Source: Deinococcota bacterium (GTDB lineage Bacteria > Deinococcota > Deinococci > Deinococcales > Thermaceae). Taken from it: a stretch of 64,000 nucleotides of DNA. The position numbers and the translations under genes are program-made. The notes under the pieces were generated by a model, which was not told where the DNA came from, ran no database searches, and saw nothing but the letters and a program-made list of their open reading frames with translations. The stretch covers positions 1-64,000 of the forward strand of contig JBGFRI010000011.1 in NCBI GenBank assembly GCA_041695225.1, in the 5' to 3' direction. Positions 59,520-64,000 of the stretch are shown one piece after another (the stretch's first letter is position 1; each line of letters opens with the position of its first letter).

Positions 59520-60104
59520 ATGAAATACTACGTTGTCTGGGCCGGGCGGAAGCCCGGCATTTTTACTACCTGGGCGGAGGCGGAAGCCCAGGTAAAAGGC
59601 TTTAGCAAGGCCCGGTTCCAGGCCTTCGGGACTCTAGCCGAGGCGGAGCGGGCTTTTGGGAATGGGGGAGGAGTCCAGGTGCTTGAGCGCCCCCGGTCTC
59701 TACCGGGCAGCATCATCATGCCCAGCATCTGTGTGGATGCTGCTTGCAGCGGCAACCCGGGCCGGCTGGAGTATCGCGGAGTCTTTACCGAGACCCGCGA
59801 GCAGGTTTTCCATCGGGGCCCCTACCCTCATGGAACGAACAATCTTGGAGAATTCCTGGCTATAGTCGAGGCGTTGATTGTTTGCCAGGAGCAGGGCATC
59901 GACTGGCCGATCTACTCCGACTCCCAGGTCGCCCTTTTCTGGGTCAAATCCAGGATGGTACGGACCGGGGTAGCTGATCCGTCACTTCACAACCAGGTCA
60001 GACTAGCAATGGAGTGGCTGGAAGCCAATCAGTTTTCCAATCGGCTTCTCAAGTGGGAGACTGCGAGCTGGGGAGAAAACCCGGCTGATTTTGGGAGAAA
60101 GTAA
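59520..60104 (+). CDS. Ribonuclease HI with N-terminal hybrid-binding (viroplasmin-like) domain
   Basis: KYYVVWAGRKPGIFTTW; VDAACSGNPG, TNNLGEF, YSDS, ENPADFGRK. Confidence 0.93.
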   Translation: MKYYVVWAGRKPGIFTTWAEAEAQVKGFSKARFQAFGTLAEAERAFGNGGGVQVLERPRSLPGSIIMPSICVDAACSGNPGRLEYRGVFTETREQVFHRGPYPHGTNNLGEFLAIVEALIVCQEQGIDWPIYSDSQVALFWVKSRMVRTGVADPSLHNQVRLAMEWLEANQFSNRLLKWETASWGENPADFGRK

Positions 60105-60280
60105 TGGCACACAAGGACAATACAGCTTCTGCTCTTGTAAAACAGCTACGCCTGGAGCAGAAGAAAGAGTTGGCGACTGATCTGGTCAATGCCCTGGAGC
60201 AGGGACACCTATTCCCCGACGACCTTGATCCTGACATCAGGGAAAGGCTGGTTTCCTTGCTTGAAGGCAAGTGGCTCTGA
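60104..60280 (+). CDS. Small hypothetical protein (58 aa)
   Basis: TAATG overlap with RNase H; MAHKDNTASALVKQLRLEQKKELATDLVNALEQG... Confidence 0.5.
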   Translation: MAHKDNTASALVKQLRLEQKKELATDLVNALEQGHLFPDDLDPDIRERLVSLLEGKWL

Positions 60281-60344
60281 CAGAGTAAACAAGGGGGGCA
60301 GCAAAAAGCGCTGCCCCCCTACTTTGGATGTAAAGGAGGACATA

Positions 60345-60656
60345 ATGGAGAAGATCGAGTGGTTCACAAACATCGTGACTACTCTCAGGAAAGCGGGGCT
60401 TGATGCACGTATTCGTGTCAGCTTCGCGTGGTTTGCTGGCGAAGCTGGGGAGGCGCTCTATACATTTCAAGTAGAAGGTGACCCCTCGGCACCACAAGAG
60501 GTGGACGTTATATATACTGCTGACACGGCACGAGTTCCTTTTCCTCTTTCATTTGAATTTTTGGGAAGTACCAGAGACGCTGAGCGGCTCTGGAAGGTAA
60601 TTACGGAGTTTGAGGAGATTCCGTTACATCGGTCTCACTGGGAGTACGTCCTTTAA
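60345..60656 (+). CDS. Hypothetical protein
   Basis: AAGGAGG RBS before MEKIEWF. Confidence 0.6.
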   Translation: MEKIEWFTNIVTTLRKAGLDARIRVSFAWFAGEAGEALYTFQVEGDPSAPQEVDVIYTADTARVPFPLSFEFLGSTRDAERLWKVITEFEEIPLHRSHWEYVL

Positions 60657-60804
60657 CCACCACACCCCCCTTGCGGGGAGTGGGCGGGGAAGTACACCAT
60701 CAGCAGTGCAGCTGAGGCTGCCTTCAACAGGCCAGGTTATTGTAGCACCCTGGTGGCTGTCGTGGCAAGTCTCCGAATCGCAAATCGCACTGTAAATGTA
60801 GTTC

Positions 60805-60862
60805 CCTCGAGGTCAGGGTGAGCGTATTTTGGTGTGTGTGCCGGAAGGCAAAGGTAGGAACC
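60805..60862 (+). repeat. 58-bp promoter-like repeat, copy 2
   Basis: 52/58 identical to 58852-58909. Confidence 0.85.
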
Positions 60863-60913
60863 AGGGGGCAGAAAGACGCTGCCCCCTTACTTCGGATGTA
60901 AAGGAGGAAAACA

Positions 60914-61063
60914 GTGAGCAGGTGGCATAATGTGAGGATTCGCAATTTGCGGCGCGAGTTGCGGCGCATGAAGAAGACCATGGCCCGGTTACGGGCGCAT
61001 CTAACCGTAGCACAATTGCGGTTAAATCCGCCTGAACTCGGCGATAGTGTTGCTGAGGCGTAG
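60914..61063 (+). CDS. Small basic helical protein (49 aa)
   Basis: AAGGAGG RBS; MSRWHNVRIRNLRRELRRMKKTMARLRAHL... Confidence 0.5.
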   Translation: MSRWHNVRIRNLRRELRRMKKTMARLRAHLTVAQLRLNPPELGDSVAEA

Positions 61064-61104
61064 AACAGGGGGTGTGGTGGTTAGGTGTACTATAGTACGG
61101 AATT

Positions 61105-61953
61105 GTGAAGTGGGTTGAATGCCCCAGAGACTCCTGGCAGGGCCTGGGGCGGTTTATTCCCACCGAAGAAAAACTGGCCTATCTGCACAAACTGCTAGAG
61201 GCCGGCTTTCAAAGCCTCGACCTGACCAGCTTTGTATCGCCAAAATGGGTGCCTCAGCACGCCGATGCCATGGAGGTGCTGGCGGGCCTGCCAGCGCCGG
61301 AAGGGCGCGAGTATCTGGCAATTGTTGGCAACGAGAAGGGCCTGGAGCGGGCCTTGCAAGCCCCTCATCTGACCAAGGTGGGTTATCCCTTTTCCATCTC
61401 AGAGACTTTCCAGCGCAAAAACCTCAACATGGGTATCGAGGAAGCCTGGCAGGCGCTGGAACAGCTCACAGCTCAGGCCCAGGAAAAGCAGTTTGTGGTC
61501 TATCTCTCCATGGCCTTCGGCAACCCCTATGGCGATGTCTGGGCGCCCGGCCTTACCGCGCAGTTTGTTCAGCAACTGCGACAGCTCGGAAGACTTTCCG
61601 GAATTGTGCTTGCCGACACCTACGGAGTGGCCACGGCAAGCACCATCAAAGACACCGTGCGGGCAGTGGTCGCGCACACCAGCAGCGAAAGCATCGGTGT
61701 TCATCTGCATAGCCGGCCAGAAAGCACGCTGGAAAAGGTGCAGGTGGTACTGGATGCGGGTGTGCGCTGGCTCGAGGGCGCCCTGGGAGGCATTGGCGGC
61801 TGTCCATTTGCCGGCGACGAGCTTGTAGGCAACCTGGCGACTGAGCAGGTGCTGCCCTATCTGGCAGAGCAGGGTTATACGGTGCCGGTCAGTCTTGACC
61901 GCCTGCCCGGGCTTTGCGACCAGGCTCTGTTACTACGGCTAAAGTACGCTTGA
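61105..61953 (+). CDS. Hydroxymethylglutaryl-CoA lyase family protein
   Basis: ECPRD.WQ, SFVSPKWVPQ, LADTYG, HLH, GGCPFA, GNLATE. Confidence 0.92.
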   Translation: MKWVECPRDSWQGLGRFIPTEEKLAYLHKLLEAGFQSLDLTSFVSPKWVPQHADAMEVLAGLPAPEGREYLAIVGNEKGLERALQAPHLTKVGYPFSISETFQRKNLNMGIEEAWQALEQLTAQAQEKQFVVYLSMAFGNPYGDVWAPGLTAQFVQQLRQLGRLSGIVLADTYGVATASTIKDTVRAVVAHTSSESIGVHLHSRPESTLEKVQVVLDAGVRWLEGALGGIGGCPFAGDELVGNLATEQVLPYLAEQGYTVPVSLDRLPGLCDQALLLRLKYA

Positions 61954-62031
61954 CCAAGTTTGTCTCTCCGTCTCCCTGGAAGACGACACGATTTTACTTA
62001 GATGCGGTAATATAGTCCTTGGAGGTACATC

Positions 62032-62745
62032 ATGTACGACAGCATCCGGTTGATGGTTGGCGGTGGGGCTTTGTTGTCCCAGGAGATGGTCATGCGGAAC
62101 TACGTTGCCTACAAGCATGGGGATTGCCAGGCTTTCAGCGCACTGGTAGCACACTACGGCTACCTGGCGTTCGAGAAGGCTTTCCGGCTGTTCTACCGCC
62201 TTGGTGACGAGGCCCGTGACCTGGCTCAAGAGCTTCTGTGTGAAGTGGTGGAGGTGCTGAAGAAGCCGCTTCCCAAAGGTTCCAAGAACCTGACTTTTTG
62301 GGTGAACGTATCTCTGGACCGTAAGGTCAGAGAGTACCTGACTCAGAATTGTCTTGGTACGTATCGCGAGAACCGGCTTCTTCGGAAACTGGTAGCGGTG
62401 CGGTTGGAACTGGAAGGAAGTCTTGGACGCACTCCCACCCACCCCGAGCTGGCGCAAGCTCTTGGGGAAGATCTGGAAACACTCGATCGCCTTCTCTATC
62501 TGGAGGAGGCAAACCGCATTCTCAGCCTGTCGGTCCCGCACCCCGAGACCGGCACCCGGCTGGAGGATATGGTGGCATCTGAAGAGGATGTACTCGAGGA
62601 TCTGGAAGGGGCTCTACAACGGGAAAGGCTTGGGCTTGAACCGGCAAAGCTAGACATTCTCGACCGCTTTCTGGCGGGCGGGAGTGTAAATCAAGCTGAT
62701 CTGGATACCCTGGCCGCAACCCTGAAGGCCCAAATCGCCGCATAA
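62032..62745 (+). CDS. Sigma-70 family alternative sigma factor-like protein
   Basis: RDLAQE region-2-like motif; LGRTPT..ELAQALG region 3; LSL..P. Confidence 0.7.
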   Translation: MYDSIRLMVGGGALLSQEMVMRNYVAYKHGDCQAFSALVAHYGYLAFEKAFRLFYRLGDEARDLAQELLCEVVEVLKKPLPKGSKNLTFWVNVSLDRKVREYLTQNCLGTYRENRLLRKLVAVRLELEGSLGRTPTHPELAQALGEDLETLDRLLYLEEANRILSLSVPHPETGTRLEDMVASEEDVLEDLEGALQRERLGLEPAKLDILDRFLAGGSVNQADLDTLAATLKAQIAA

Positions 62746-62760
62746 CAGGCAGCCCTTTTT

Positions 62761-62800
62761 GCCTTCCGAGGATAGTCCTTGTCTTCGGGAGGTTCTTTTT
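62761..62800 (+). terminator. Hairpin terminator between convergent genes
   Basis: GCCTTCCGAGGA...TCTTCGGGAGGT then TCTTTTT. Confidence 0.7.
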
Positions 62801-63101
62801 AATTGGTAGGGCCAGGCTTACGGAAGGACATTATGATCGAACCATCGGGCGCCTGCTCTACGTGGGGCTTGACCTTTCCGTCCCGCACCGCGAGCATTCC
62901 TTCGACGACCCAGCCCCAGGCTTTTGGGGCACTAGAGTAGTCCACACTTATGTAATCAGAGCCGGCCTCGAAGCGCAGCTCCTCCCCGGTTCTTGCAAAA
63001 ACCAGGCGCAGGAAGTTCAACACGTCATCGGGACTGGCCTCTGGGGCAAGGTCAAAATGGGTAACTGTTCGAGTTTCACGGCGGACAATGGCCTTGGACA
63101 T
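62799..63101 (-). CDS. Hypothetical protein (paralog of 63567-63815)
   Basis: FLR...DYISVDYSSAPK. Confidence 0.6.
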   Translation of the reverse strand: MSKAIVRRETRTVTHFDLAPEASPDDVLNFLRLVFARTGEELRFEAGSDYISVDYSSAPKAWGWVVEGMLAVRDGKVKPHVEQAPDGSIIMSFRKPGPTN

Positions 63102-63247
63102 AGCTCTAGGTTAACGCAAAATGACCGGGAAGGCCCGGCCACTTGCGGCACGGAGGGGAAAAGATGTCCCTTCCACCTTTATGGTACTCGAGAGGGGTTG
63201 AACGGTCAAGAATCAGGTAATACTATATTACTGCACGGAGGTAAATC

Positions 63248-63496
63248 ATGGAGAAGCTGGTGTTGTTCTTTCAAGACGAGATAGCTGTCCAGAAGGCAAT
63301 CGAACTTTTCGAGGAGTTCTTCGTTAAGAAGTACTATGACGAAAAGCTCGATTATCTCTGCCACGACGCCCCTTTCATCCTCACGGGTGAAAGGGGTTGG
63401 AATAAGCCAGCTCTGGGGATCGAGTACTCGCCCAAAGCAAAAACTTGGGTGAGGGGGTTTATAGCCTATACACACCCCGAGCTTGTTCTGGACTAG
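63248..63496 (+). CDS. Hypothetical protein
   Basis: GGAGG RBS. Confidence 0.6.
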   Translation: MEKLVLFFQDEIAVQKAIELFEEFFVKKYYDEKLDYLCHDAPFILTGERGWNKPALGIEYSPKAKTWVRGFIAYTHPELVLD

Positions 63497-63518
63497 CAAG
63501 TCCCTTCCGTCCTTCTTT

Positions 63519-63560
63519 GCCTTCTGAGAATTGTCCTTTTTCTCAGAGGGTTCTTTTTTT
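63519..63560 (+). terminator. Hairpin terminator between convergent genes
   Basis: GCCTTCTGAGAA...TTCTCAGAGGGT then T-tract. Confidence 0.7.
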
Positions 63561-63566
63561 ACCTTG

Positions 63567-63815
63567 TCAGCGAACCAGATAACGGGTTGCTCTGAGCGTC
63601 CTGGGAGCGCTGGAGAGGTCCGCTTCGAGGTAGTCAGCCTCGAGCCTTAAGCGTGGCCGCTCTCCATAACGCCGGGCCAGTGCTTGAAGGTAGTCCTGGG
63701 CAAAACGGAGAAAGGCGACTGCCGCTTCTCCCTGCAAGGTGCGAGAGGGATAGAGGCGGAAGCCGTTCTTGTTATAGCAGATATAGGGCTTCACACTACG
63801 ATGGTAGCAGAACAC
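63567..63815 (-). CDS. Hypothetical protein (paralog of 62799-63101)
   Basis: FLR...DYLEADLSSAPR; start uncertain. Confidence 0.5.
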   Translation of the reverse strand: MFCYHRSVKPYICYNKNGFRLYPSRTLQGEAAVAFLRFAQDYLQALARRYGERPRLRLEADYLEADLSSAPRTLRATRYLVR

Positions 63816-64000
63816 TTGCAGTGTAGCTCTTTCTGCCTCCCAAGTTGGGCATGGGGCAGGGATCTGGGAGTAAGACCAGGGGGCTCCAGCCCCAGGTAGA
63901 AGGGTGCAAGCTCATAAGACCTTACCCAACGGGAAGGCCGGGCTAAAAAGTCGGGCTAAGGAGGTTTGGATGAACAGTTATGGTGTGTTTGTTCCGGTCG

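Larger units (their letters stand above)
25020..64000. mobile_element. Integrative conjugative element inserted in comM (right end outside window)
   Basis: Serine recombinase at junction, repressor switch, replicon, VirB4/VirD4 T4SS, methylase. Confidence 0.88.

Noticed and set aside
61064..61105. Right end (att) of the ICE before HMG-CoA lyase
   Set aside because: No 3' comM sequence follows, and element motifs recur further right
323..63899. Numerous antisense or overlapping ORFs in the six-frame track
   Set aside because: Shadow ORFs expected in high-GC DNA opposite well-supported genes

Overview
GC-rich bacterial chromosome segment. Gene content, apparently leaderless genes and frequent CTCGAG suggest Deinococcus-Thermus, probably Meiothermus-like (inference). 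Bases 1-~1900 are a small accessory patch: an IS5-family end and a PIN/HTH toxin-antitoxin pair. Bases ~2000-25000 are ordinary housekeeping genes (bshB1, hisD, hpt, rluB-like, truB, ald, DAK2, UbiD-family, ROK kinase) with intergenic heptamer-built repeats. At ~25020 the comM (YifB/Mg-chelatase) gene is cut by a large integrative conjugative element (ICE) that runs past the window end. The element carries a large serine recombinase, a divergent XRE/HTH switch, and an IncQ-like replicon (TOPRIM primase, RepA helicase, RepC, 3x22-bp iterons, AT-rich tract). It also has an atypical type IV secretion cluster (VirB2/B3/B4/B6/D4, SLT, SpoIIIAA-like ATPase, SlpA-like protein, degenerate PLD-fold proteins, Replic_Relax-like nuclease) and a DNA adenine methylase. 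Further right are a ~1-kb GGACA..TGTCC palindrome array running into a coiled-coil gene and a small-ORF region with duplicated promoter/hairpin modules, a structured non-coding stretch, RNase HI and a sigma factor. All family calls come from reading motifs; no searches were run.
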